From Candidatus Oxydemutatoraceae bacterium (lineage in GTDB: Bacteria > Pseudomonadota > Gammaproteobacteria > Poriferisulfidales > Oxydemutatoraceae): 64,000 nucleotides of DNA. The translations under genes and the position numbers were made by a program. The stretch is from the NCBI GenBank assembly GCA_965219575.1, contig OZ244779.1:940769-1004768 (forward strand), read 5' to 3'. A model generated the notes under the pieces. That model was not told where the DNA came from and made no database searches. It worked only from the letters and a program-made list of their open reading frames with translations. Positions 35,918 through 45,299 of this stretch are shown in pieces; within the stretch, counting starts at the first letter, position 1, and each line of letters starts with the position of its first letter.

Positions 35918-36868
35918 TCATGATTTTTTCTTGTTACCATCAATATGTACGACAAGAGGAGAGGTCGGCCACCGGTAATCAATTCTTGTTACTATATGCA
36001 TTGGAATCATACCGACGGTCAAGCCATTGCTGAACTTACCTTTGATAATACTCGGACTTATGCGGATATAATTAAGCAGCGAGCGCAACCAGCATAGTCT
36101 CCCGGGGCAGCGTAGTTGAGATAACTTCGCTTTAATAATGCGGTATAGCAGCAATGGTGGAAATAGTTTTCCCCATGCGAGCGCAACACACAGTGGCATC
36201 GGTATTTTTCTCCATTTTCCGGACCATTTGCCCGTACTACTAAAGAAAAGAGCTGGTCGGTGTATTTCCCAACGTGCCTGCGAGTCCTCTAGGAGTAATT
36301 TGTTCATGGTCTCTTGATCTTTCCATTTTTCGATTGCCTTTACTTGTCGAAAATAGTTTTGAGTTTGAGCATTGGCACGGCAAAGAAAGAAGCCTGCACA
36401 AAGGGTGAAACGATAGCACTTAAAATGTGCCTTTGGTGTATATGTTCCTTGAGATATAAGTAAGTCAAACTCGGCATGCTGTGCCAGCCAAGGGCGAGGG
36501 TCTTGCAACCAAAACGCATCGGCATCGCTATGGATAAAATCACGCCCCGACTTGGCAAGTGCATAGAAAATTTTTTTGCGTAGCCCGAAAATCATTTTTT
36601 CTTTGGATTTTTTATTTAGGTTATTCAGGTTGTGAGGGGTCATATCCGGAAATAAATCGTAGAAATATACTGCACGATCGTCATGTCCCATTTCGTTTAG
36701 CCAACCGACCAATTTTTGGTCTAGGCAGATAATTCGCCAATGGTCGCAAGTTGACCGGGCATGGTTAATCCATTTACTTATAACATTTCGGTAGTTAAAA
36801 GTTCCGAACACGATTGTCACCGGTGTTCCGTCAATCGGATCAAACGGCGAAAATGGATCTACGGTCAT
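35918..36868 (-). CDS. Nucleotide-diphospho-sugar transferase (GT77-like), paralog 2
   Basis: Close tandem paralog of 34801..35772 with the same motifs. Confidence 0.75.
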   Translation of the reverse strand: MTVDPFSPFDPIDGTPVTIVFGTFNYRNVISKWINHARSTCDHWRIICLDQKLVGWLNEMGHDDRAVYFYDLFPDMTPHNLNNLNKKSKEKMIFGLRKKIFYALAKSGRDFIHSDADAFWLQDPRPWLAQHAEFDLLISQGTYTPKAHFKCYRFTLCAGFFLCRANAQTQNYFRQVKAIEKWKDQETMNKLLLEDSQARWEIHRPALFFSSTGKWSGKWRKIPMPLCVALAWGKLFPPLLLYRIIKAKLSQLRCPGRLCWLRSLLNYIRISPSIIKGKFSNGLTVGMIPMHIVTRIDYRWPTSPLVVHIDGNKKKS

Positions 36869-37018
36869 AATTTTATTTTCTCGTTGAAGGGAAAGTGGTA
36901 AATATCGTACGAAGTATCACGAGTTGTATTATAATGTGTGTCCAGAATTACACAAACCAATCAGTGGCTACAATCATTTGCATCTTTGTGTCTTGTTGTT
37001 TTCGCCCCGAACTGTATC

Positions 37019-37978
37019 ATGGATAGACAAACTATTTTAGAACTCGTACAACCGAAAAGAGATTTGTGGGAGAAATCTTCTAAAGATATACGAGTGATGT
37101 TATTGACCATAGGTTTTCCCGGTTCCGGGTCGTCGTTAGTCGGTTATTTACTAACGGCACACCCCAATATAGTTATGGCCGACGAACCTCTTGTTTATAA
37201 GCACGGGAAACGTATTTCGTCTCATATAAATGATATAAATGGAATAAAACTAGAGGGTACGGATTGTTTATATTCAGTTGAATTTAGTAAGATGTTTAAT
37301 GTAATTTTCGGTTTAGATTATGTGCGATGGTTAAGGGCAAAAATGAGGGACTCCCCGAAAGAAAATGAGCCTATTTCTTTTGCTAAGAAATACGCAGGGG
37401 ACTCCTATATATTAAGACGATATATTCTAATACCTGATCAATATCAAGGCTGTTTTAAGTCACCGAAGGTTATAGGAGTCAAACACTCTCGTGATAATGT
37501 GGAATGTTTATCTATGGCTAAAGTATTGAAAATTTTCAAGGAGAGGTTGGAGGAAAGAGGAGTTCGCTTGAAATTTATTTTAATGGCCCGAAATCCTTAT
37601 GACATGATTAGCATTAGACTGAGAAAGACTATATCCTACCAGGATTTTATTCAAAAGGAAGTAAAAACAAACGCTATATCGTTTATTGAAAGGTTATCTA
37701 AAAATAATGTGGAAATCCTTAAGCAAGTAGACTCCGAAGATGTATTTATATCTAAGCACGAGGAAATGGTTGCCGATCCGAGGCTACAGTTGACAAAGCT
37801 ATGTGAATTTCTACAAGTGCCGGCATCTTCGGATTATCTAAATAGCTGTGCTTCCTACGTTGACGAAAAACCTAATAGAAGACGATTTCAATTTGACTGG
37901 ACATCGGAGCAAAAACAAAAGGTTGCATCGTTGATAGAACAATACGACTTTTTCTCGGGATACGATTGGGAATCGTAA
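37019..37978 (+). CDS. Sulfotransferase family protein 1
   Basis: PSB-loop-like GFPGSGSSL..LTAHP, RNPYD, HEEMVADP..LCEFL. Confidence 0.8.
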   Translation: MDRQTILELVQPKRDLWEKSSKDIRVMLLTIGFPGSGSSLVGYLLTAHPNIVMADEPLVYKHGKRISSHINDINGIKLEGTDCLYSVEFSKMFNVIFGLDYVRWLRAKMRDSPKENEPISFAKKYAGDSYILRRYILIPDQYQGCFKSPKVIGVKHSRDNVECLSMAKVLKIFKERLEERGVRLKFILMARNPYDMISIRLRKTISYQDFIQKEVKTNAISFIERLSKNNVEILKQVDSEDVFISKHEEMVADPRLQLTKLCEFLQVPASSDYLNSCASYVDEKPNRRRFQFDWTSEQKQKVASLIEQYDFFSGYDWES

Positions 37979-38006
37979 ATAGAGCAACAAAAAGTAGCTT
38001 AAAAAG

Positions 38007-38945
38007 ATGGCACGACACTCGTATAAAAAAGAGCTTTTAGAACTTATACAACCGAAAAAAGATTTATGGGAGAGGTCTTTTGAAGATGTACGAGTGATGT
38101 TATTGACTATAGGTTTTTCCGGCGCGGGGTCGTCGCTACTCGGATATTTACTAACCGCACACCCGAATATGGCTGTTGCCGATCAACCTGTCATTTTTTC
38201 CGGTGAGCCGGTTGCATTGGATATAAACGATATAAATGGAGTAAATAAAATAAATGGTCTATACTCGGCAGACTTGAATAAGATATTTAATGTGATTTTA
38301 GGGGTGGATTATATACGATGGCTAGCAGTTAAAGAGAAAAGAGAAAATAATAATACGCTTTTTTCTGAAGCTAAGAGACAAAAACGCTATATATTAATGT
38401 CTAATCAATATCAAGGTCGTTTTGAGACACTGAAGGTTTTAGGAATTAAAAACTCTAGGCAAACCGCAGAATTTTTATCCGATAAGCGTCAATTCGCAAC
38501 CCTCAAAAAAAGGCTTGAGGAAAGGGATATTCGCATGAAATTCATTTTAACGGTTCGCAATCCTTACGATATAATTGCCAACAAAACAGGCAGAACGACT
38601 CAATATAAAGCCGCCCCCCAAAAGCCGATAACCACAAAGGCTATATCGTTTGTCGAGAAATTGTCCGAAGAGAATATAAAACTTGTTGAACAAGTGCCCT
38701 CCCAAGATGTGTTTGTATCTAAACATGAAGAGATGGTTGCAGATCCGAGTCTACAGTTGACTAAGCTATGCCAATTTGTACAAGTGCCGGCATCTCCCGA
38801 TTATCTAGACGACTGTGCTTCTTGCGTTGACGAAAAACCTAATAGAAGGCGATTGGAATTTGATTGGACATCGGAGCAAAAACAAAAGGTTGCATCGTTG
38901 ATAGAACAATACGACTTCTTCTCGGGATACGATTGGGAGTCATAA
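38007..38945 (+). CDS. Sulfotransferase family protein 2
   Basis: Tandem paralog; GFSGAGSSL, RNPYD. Confidence 0.8.
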   Translation: MARHSYKKELLELIQPKKDLWERSFEDVRVMLLTIGFSGAGSSLLGYLLTAHPNMAVADQPVIFSGEPVALDINDINGVNKINGLYSADLNKIFNVILGVDYIRWLAVKEKRENNNTLFSEAKRQKRYILMSNQYQGRFETLKVLGIKNSRQTAEFLSDKRQFATLKKRLEERDIRMKFILTVRNPYDIIANKTGRTTQYKAAPQKPITTKAISFVEKLSEENIKLVEQVPSQDVFVSKHEEMVADPSLQLTKLCQFVQVPASPDYLDDCASCVDEKPNRRRLEFDWTSEQKQKVASLIEQYDFFSGYDWES

Positions 38946-38983
38946 ATAGGATAGCAGGGAAGGCTAAAGAGATGGTATGCCCC

Positions 38984-39928
38984 ATGAATAAGCAAACACT
39001 ATTAGAATTAGTACAACCGAAAAGAGATTTATGGAAGAAATCTTTTGACGACGTACGGATGAGGCTATTAACCATAGGTTTTTCCGGTTCCGGGTCATCG
39101 TTAATCGGCTATTTACTAACCGCACATGCCAATATGGCTGTTGCCGATGAACCTAGTATTAATAATTGCAAGGACCCGGTTGCATCAAATATAAATGATA
39201 TAAATGGAATAGACCTACAGGATATAGGTTGTCTATATTCGGCGGACTTAAATAAGATATTCAATGTAATTTTAGATTTAGATTATGTGCGATGGCTAGT
39301 GGCAAAAAAGAGAAAACCTTCAAAGGAAAATAAGACTGCTTTTTTTGCTAGGGGTGGTAGAAAAAAGCGTTATATATTGGTACCCGATCAATATCAAGGT
39401 CGTTTCGAGAAACTGAAAGTTTTAGGAATAAAACGCGCTCTAGGAAATTTAAAGAGTCTATCTAACAAGGACATATTTACGACCTTCAAAAAAAGGCTTG
39501 AAGAAAAAGGTATTTGTTTGAAATTCATTCTAGCGGTTCGCAATCCTTACGATATGATCGCCAATAAAACAAACAAAACGATTCAATACAAAGACTCCCG
39601 CCAAAAGCCAATAACAACAAATGCTATATCGTTTTACGAGAAATTGTCCGAAGAGAATATAAAGCTTGTCGAACAGGTAGCTTCCCAAGATATATTTGTA
39701 TCTAAACATGAAGAAATGGTTGCAGATCCGAGTCTACAATTGACTAAACTATGCCAATTTGCACAAGTGTCGGCATCTTCCGATTATCTAGATAGCTGTA
39801 CTTCTTGGGTTGTTAGAGAACCTAATAGAAGGCGATTGGAATTTGACTGGACATCGGAGCAAAAAGAAAAGGTCGCATCGTTGATAGAACAATACGACTT
39901 CTTCTCGGGATACAGCTGGGAGTTATAA
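38984..39928 (+). CDS. Sulfotransferase family protein 3
   Basis: Tandem paralog; GFSGSGSSL, RNPYD. Confidence 0.8.
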   Translation: MNKQTLLELVQPKRDLWKKSFDDVRMRLLTIGFSGSGSSLIGYLLTAHANMAVADEPSINNCKDPVASNINDINGIDLQDIGCLYSADLNKIFNVILDLDYVRWLVAKKRKPSKENKTAFFARGGRKKRYILVPDQYQGRFEKLKVLGIKRALGNLKSLSNKDIFTTFKKRLEEKGICLKFILAVRNPYDMIANKTNKTIQYKDSRQKPITTNAISFYEKLSEENIKLVEQVASQDIFVSKHEEMVADPSLQLTKLCQFAQVSASSDYLDSCTSWVVREPNRRRLEFDWTSEQKEKVASLIEQYDFFSGYSWEL

Positions 39929-40043
39929 ATAGGATAGCATGGGGGAAAGGAAGCAGAATGATATGCGATAATCTACAAATTCCGCCCTCTTTTTTTATGA
40001 TAACCATGCTATAATTAGCGAAAATATTTAAGGAGTGAAATAT

Positions 40044-40130
40044 ATGAAACCTGCTATAACCAACTTAATTGCCACAGTCTCTTTTATCGCAGTTTTTGTC
40101 GTCTTGGTATATCTTATAGCCAATTACTGA
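40044..40130 (+). CDS. 28-aa single-TM small protein MKPAITNLIATVSFIAVFVVLVYLIANY
   Basis: AAGGAG at 40030-40035; extended -10 TGCTATAAT at 40007-40015. Confidence 0.55.
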   Translation: MKPAITNLIATVSFIAVFVVLVYLIANY

Positions 40131-40166
40131 TACGATATTGTTGCAAAGACTGCAAACGGCTTATTT

Positions 40167-40283
40167 GCTTGGCGGCCATAGAGCGTTAGTACCACCCGAT
40201 CCCATCCCGAACTCGGAAGTGAAATGGCGTATCGCCGATGGTAGTGCAGGGCTTCCCTGTGTGAGAGTAGGACACCGCCAAGC
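40167..40283 (+). rRNA. rrf: 5S rRNA
   Basis: GCTTGGCGG…CCGCCAAGC terminal helix; CCCATCCCGAACTCGGAAGTGAAA, GATGGTAGT, GAGAGTAGG. Confidence 0.96.
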
Positions 40284-40344
40284 GTTTATTTAATACGCTG
40301 CTACCGTATGGATAAGCAGAGTTTTCTTTTTTGTTCTAAGATTT

Positions 40345-41130
40345 ATGGACTACGACCTTGAATTTTTTTTGGTGCTTGCCACCGTCATAACCGGCTTGCT
40401 CGCTTTGGCTCTCAAAGTCTATCGCAAGTCCGACGGCTATGATAAGAAATCGGCACAAACACCCGGCTTATCTTTTCGCATCGCCGATAACGCAGCTTCT
40501 TTCTTCCCGATTCTACTGATCGTTCTATTGATACGAAGTTTCATAATAGAACCGTTTAGAATCCCCTCGGGCTCGATGCTACCGACTTTGGAAATCGGAG
40601 ATTTTATTATGGTCAACAAGTTCACTTACGGACTCAAGCTACCGGTGCTACACAACACGCTGATAGGAATGGATACGCCACAAAGAGGCGATGTTGTGGT
40701 TTTTCGCTATCCTAAAGACTCGACCAAGGACTATATCAAACGCGTTGTCGGTATTCCCGGCGACAAGGTCGTCTACAAAGACAAACAACTGCAGATCAAC
40801 GGTGTCCCGATTACCCAAGTGGAGGACGGCAACGAACCCTACACAAGCATCTACGGTACCGACTTATTCGAGAGAACCGAGTATTTGGGGGATGTTAAGC
40901 ACAATATCCTCGTTGCCGATATTTCTATGAGAGGATTAGAAAATGAATGGCAAATTCCCGAAGCCAATTATTTCGTGATGGGAGATAATAGAGATAACAG
41001 CAACGACAGCCGAGTTTGGGGATTTGTTCCCGAACGAAATCTGGTAGGGAAAGCATTCTTGATTTGGATGAACTGGAATCATCAAAAAGGAGAAATCGGA
41101 TTTTCCAGAATAGGCAACAGCATACGGTAA
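40345..41130 (+). CDS. lepB: Signal peptidase I
   Basis: IPSGSMLPTL, YIKRVVG, GDNRDNSNDSR. Confidence 0.96.
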   Translation: MDYDLEFFLVLATVITGLLALALKVYRKSDGYDKKSAQTPGLSFRIADNAASFFPILLIVLLIRSFIIEPFRIPSGSMLPTLEIGDFIMVNKFTYGLKLPVLHNTLIGMDTPQRGDVVVFRYPKDSTKDYIKRVVGIPGDKVVYKDKQLQINGVPITQVEDGNEPYTSIYGTDLFERTEYLGDVKHNILVADISMRGLENEWQIPEANYFVMGDNRDNSNDSRVWGFVPERNLVGKAFLIWMNWNHQKGEIGFSRIGNSIR

Positions 41131-41143
41131 ATACAACTCGAAT

Positions 41144-41782
41144 ATGGAACTCGAAAAACTTTTAAGCGAAGATTTTAGAAACCACCGATTATTCAAACAA
41201 GCAATCACGCACCGCAGCTATGCAAAAGAACATAACGAACGTCTAGAGTTTCTCGGCGATGCCGTTCTGCAACTATTAATTTCGGAGTATCTTTATAATA
41301 ATTTTTCCGACAAGCCGGAAGGACAACTTACCCGAATGCGTGCGCGCTTGGTACGCAAAGAAACATTGTCCGAGATAGCGAGCGAACTCCATCTAAGAAA
41401 ATGGCTCCAATTAGGTCGCGGACAAAGAACCGGTCAATTAAGCAATGCCATATTGGCGGATGCCTTAGAAGCAATCATAGGCGCATTTTATCTATATCGA
41501 GGTTTGCAGCCTACATGGCAGTTTATCCGGCAAATTTATGCCGAGCACCTCAAGCAATTGTCCGGTTCCGACAACTTTAGCGATGCTAAAAGCCGGTTGC
41601 AGGAATATCTACAAGCACGCGGTTCTCCTCTCCCCGAGTATCAACTCAAACAGTCTACCAAGCAAGGCTTTCATATGATATGCAAGGTTGGACAAGGACA
41701 AACCGAAGGTAAGGGGAAGACTAAACGCGGTGCCGAACAACAGGCAGCTCATTTAATGTTGCATAAGCTAGAGCGTAAGTAA
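41144..41782 (+). CDS. rnc: Ribonuclease III
   Basis: NERLEFLGDAVL; dsRBD with AEQQAA. Confidence 0.96.
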   Translation: MELEKLLSEDFRNHRLFKQAITHRSYAKEHNERLEFLGDAVLQLLISEYLYNNFSDKPEGQLTRMRARLVRKETLSEIASELHLRKWLQLGRGQRTGQLSNAILADALEAIIGAFYLYRGLQPTWQFIRQIYAEHLKQLSGSDNFSDAKSRLQEYLQARGSPLPEYQLKQSTKQGFHMICKVGQGQTEGKGKTKRGAEQQAAHLMLHKLERK

Positions 41783-42732
41783 TGGGCACTCAAGCTACAC
41801 CGAATATACCGACTACATGCCGTTGCGGGTTTGTCGCTTTGTGTGGCAGACCGAATGTAGGGAAATCAACCCTGTTCAACCGCTTGATCGGGCACCATTG
41901 GGCTGCGGTAACGCACAAAGCGCAAACCACCCGCCATAACATACAAGGTGTATTGACCGAAGGCGATGCCCAGATGATCTTTATAGACTCACCGGGGTTG
42001 AACGAGAGCATACACCATCCCTGGAATCGAATGCTAAATCGCAATGCCAAGGCAGCGATGCTGGGTGTCGATCTAGTGATGCTGGTTGTCGATAGTAGAA
42101 TGTGGACGAATGCCGACGATTCGGCATTGAAGATTATACAATCGGGTGTCTCACCTTGTGTTTTGGTGCTTAACAAAACGGACTTGCTCAAAGAAAAACA
42201 ATCGCTGCTGACTACAATAGATAAAATTCGCGAGCATGGTTTTTCTGCAATCGTGCCGCTCTCGGCGCGCAAGGATAAAGATTTCGGCAAGCTCAAAGCC
42301 GAGATTAAAGCACTACTCCCGCAAGCCGATTTTATCTTCAAAGGAAACCCGAATAACCATCAGAGACCTAAAGTGATTGCTCAGGAATTGGTCTACGAAC
42401 AAGTCATGCGCTATCTGCACGAAGAAATTCCCTATACGATGGATGTAGAAGTTTCAACGGTTGAAATACAGGAAAACCGGTTGCATATAGAAGCCTTTTT
42501 ATGGGTGCTGAAAGATAATCAGCGTGCCATCGTAATAGGCAAGCAAGGCAGTCGGCTTAAGGCAATAGGAACCGCCGCGCGAAAGGCGATAGAGAGTACG
42601 CTTAGCCTGCCGACCTATTTGAAATTAAATGTTAAGACTCAAAGCAAGCAACACGGTAAACGTATGCTTCGGAAACGAGCCGAGGATGATATCGCGATGC
42701 TAAAAAATCAACCCGAAACAAACGGACTATGA
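41782..42732 (+). CDS. era: GTPase Era
   Basis: [19 protein letters not shown]-domain VIGKQG. Confidence 0.95.
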   Translation: MGTQATPNIPTTCRCGFVALCGRPNVGKSTLFNRLIGHHWAAVTHKAQTTRHNIQGVLTEGDAQMIFIDSPGLNESIHHPWNRMLNRNAKAAMLGVDLVMLVVDSRMWTNADDSALKIIQSGVSPCVLVLNKTDLLKEKQSLLTTIDKIREHGFSAIVPLSARKDKDFGKLKAEIKALLPQADFIFKGNPNNHQRPKVIAQELVYEQVMRYLHEEIPYTMDVEVSTVEIQENRLHIEAFLWVLKDNQRAIVIGKQGSRLKAIGTAARKAIESTLSLPTYLKLNVKTQSKQHGKRMLRKRAEDDIAMLKNQPETNGL

Positions 42733-43472
42733 AAAATTTTCGAACCACTCTGGGCGTTAATATAGACCATGTCGCAAACTTGCGTCAAGCTCGCTACACA
42801 CCCTACCCGGATTTTCGCCGCGCCGTTGCCGAAGCCGAAGCAGGGGGGGCTGACGGGATTACGATTCATCTGCGCGAAGACCGCCGACACATACAGGATG
42901 CCGATGTCTATCTCGCTCGTGAATGTGTCGGCACACACCTGAACTTGGAAATGGCAGCGACGGCCGAGATGCTTGAGATTGCGCTTCGGGTCAAACCCGA
43001 TTATTGCTGCTTGGTGCCGGAGAAACGCGAAGAACTTACCACCGAAGGCGGGTTGGATGTGTATAAACATCGCAAGCGTATTGCAGATATGTGCGAGACG
43101 CTGCGTGCCGCAGGTATTGCCGTTTCGCTCTTTGTAGAACCCGATTTGTCCGTTTTAGAGTTGGCGGTGCGGTGCGGGGCCGGGATCGTTGAACTACATA
43201 CCGGCGAATACGCAGTGGCAACGGGCGATGCACGACAGCAAGCACATCGGCGTATCGTAGATGCCGCTCGTCGAGGCACGGAACTCGGATTGCAAGTCAA
43301 CGCCGGACACGGCTTGACATTGGATAATGTAGGAGCTATCGCCGCGATTCCGCAAATCCAAGAATTGAATATCGGTCATGCCATTGTTGCCGATGCCATT
43401 TTTATCGGTCTTAAAGAAGCGGTGCGAGCATTCAAGAGAACCATAATGCTAGCCGACGAGTCGTCAAAATGA
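42729..43472 (+). CDS. pdxJ: Pyridoxine 5'-phosphate synthase
   Basis: [29 protein letters not shown]. Confidence 0.97.
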   Translation: MKNFRTTLGVNIDHVANLRQARYTPYPDFRRAVAEAEAGGADGITIHLREDRRHIQDADVYLARECVGTHLNLEMAATAEMLEIALRVKPDYCCLVPEKREELTTEGGLDVYKHRKRIADMCETLRAAGIAVSLFVEPDLSVLELAVRCGAGIVELHTGEYAVATGDARQQAHRRIVDAARRGTELGLQVNAGHGLTLDNVGAIAAIPQIQELNIGHAIVADAIFIGLKEAVRAFKRTIMLADESSK

Positions 43473-43837
43473 TTTACGGCATCGGCATAGACATTGTTAG
43501 CATAGACAGAATCAAACGCATACTGGAAAAATACCCGAAGCGATTTCCTAAACGCATTCTTCACCCGCAAGAGTATACCGACTATAGCGAGCGCAAAAAC
43601 AAGGCGGCTTTTCTTGCCCGTCAGTTTGCCGCCAAAGAAGCGGTTAGCAAAGCTATCGGTAGCGGTTTTGCCGAAAACCTGTACCCTAAATCGATACTGA
43701 TTAAACGCGACCGATACGGCAAACCGCATGCCACACTAGATCAAAGCGAGAAACAAACAACCGAACGAACCATCCTAGTGAGCATCAGCGACGAAGCAAG
43801 CTATGCGGTCGCCCAAGCTATCATCGTCAAACCGTAG
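43469..43837 (+). CDS. acpS: Holo-ACP synthase
   Basis: GIGIDIV, FAAKEA.SKA, GKP, VSISDE. Confidence 0.95.
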   Translation: MIYGIGIDIVSIDRIKRILEKYPKRFPKRILHPQEYTDYSERKNKAAFLARQFAAKEAVSKAIGSGFAENLYPKSILIKRDRYGKPHATLDQSEKQTTERTILVSISDEASYAVAQAIIVKP

Positions 43838-43845
43838 TAACAAAT

Positions 43846-43935
43846 TATCCCTCTGCTGTGGAGAAGGGCAGGCGTGACATTGTGCAAAACCCTAAGATGC
43901 TTACAAAATGTAAAGCCTCTCCACGGGGTGGTTCA
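43846..43935. repeat. Degenerate repeat remnant R4
   Basis: GGAG..GGGCAGGCG[TGACATTGTGCA…]GCCT..GGGGTGGTT. Confidence 0.6.
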
Positions 43936-43954
43936 CAATCGTGCTTCCGACAAA

Positions 43955-44809
43955 CTACTTAACCCAATCGATTTTTTTTCTGATCTTTTTATTGTATTCC
44001 AACGCCGCCTCGAGCAAGGTCATTTCAATATCCTGCTCCACGGCATAATGATATAAAGCACCCGAGTCCTTAGGCAAACATTTTCCTCCCCAGCCCCGAT
44101 CGCCGTCGTGTCCCGGCACATTATAGTGACTGCCGCCCAACCTCGAATCATAATGTAATATCGTTGCGATGTCTTCCCAACTGTCGGTGCTATCCATCTT
44201 TTCGAATAAATCGTAGAACTGATTCATCATGCTGACCTTCATTGCCAAATAAGTATTCCGCATATACTTAATGTAAGCCGCATTAATCGCACTACAATAT
44301 CCCACCCTACACGGTTGGCATTCGCTGTAATCTTCATACAATTTTTGTAATGCACGACTATGCTCGGGGTTGCCGCCGATCACTCTGCAATCGGGATTCA
44401 AGAAATCATGTATCGCATTTTTCTCCGTCAACAGCTCGGGTGATATAACAATATTCATATCCGGCCATGCCACGAGATACGCCTTTACTTTAGAAGGCAG
44501 CACGGTGCTTGCAATCACAACAATTTTAGAACCCGAAGATTTCTCTTGCGCTATCGCCTCCATACAGCCGTCTAGTATGGTTGAGTCAAATTTCCCGTAA
44601 ACATCATCGGGTGTTTTTAGTTTTTGGGGAGTAGGCACGCAGATAAAACTAAACTCGCAAGCACGATAAACTTCTGCAGTCGAGTTGCAAAACCTCTCGC
44701 CGCTGTCGGTGGGATAAAGCGGGTCGTATATATAGAGCTGTGCCTTTTTCTCAAATCCCTTGGCAACCGCCTTGCCGACCGTGCCGTAGCCTATAATGCC
44801 TATATTCAT
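43955..44809 (-). CDS. Short UDP-glucose/GDP-mannose dehydrogenase family protein
   Basis: GYGTVG, ICVPTP, SPELL.E, GWGGKCLPKD; no C-terminal UDP-binding domain. Confidence 0.8.
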   Translation of the reverse strand: MNIGIIGYGTVGKAVAKGFEKKAQLYIYDPLYPTDSGERFCNSTAEVYRACEFSFICVPTPQKLKTPDDVYGKFDSTILDGCMEAIAQEKSSGSKIVVIASTVLPSKVKAYLVAWPDMNIVISPELLTEKNAIHDFLNPDCRVIGGNPEHSRALQKLYEDYSECQPCRVGYCSAINAAYIKYMRNTYLAMKVSMMNQFYDLFEKMDSTDSWEDIATILHYDSRLGGSHYNVPGHDGDRGWGGKCLPKDSGALYHYAVEQDIEMTLLEAALEYNKKIRKKIDWVK

Positions 44810-44858
44810 TTTGATTAAATTCCCCTTATGTTCAAGATAAAAATGCTGATTATAACAA

Positions 44859-45299
44859 ATAGAACCGCCGTTTGTGCTACCGCAACAAGTGGTGGTCGTT
44901 GATTAACCCTAAAGGTTCCGATGCTAATTAGTCCTAGTACATGACAGGGTTAATATCAATAAACAGGCATGATATGTAATCGTGAGGACAAGCCTTTTGT
45001 AGGGGAGGACTGGTATGTCCTCCCGTCCGACCACGCAACCGTGATAAGTTTCTGCACAATGTTACGCCGATTGATCGGGCGGACATGTTAGTCCGCCCCT
45101 ACAAGCGCAATCGGCGGTCATTGATTAACCTTGAAGGTTCCGATGTTAATTAGTCCTAATACACGATAGGGTTAGTATCAATAAACATTTACAAGATGTA
45201 ATCATGAGGACAAGCCCTAGCTTGTCCGCCTCACACAACTGTGTTAAGTTTCTGCACAATGTTACGCCGATTGCCCAACTGGAGCAATCGGCGGTTCTA
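44859..45299. repeat. Composite repeat cluster R5 with ~220-bp tandem duplication
   Basis: TTGATTAACC..AAGGTTCCGATG…GAGGACAAGCC…AAGTTTCTGCACAATGTTACGCCGATTG occurs twice; AGAACCGCC hairpins at both ends; REP-like palindromes. Confidence 0.85.
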
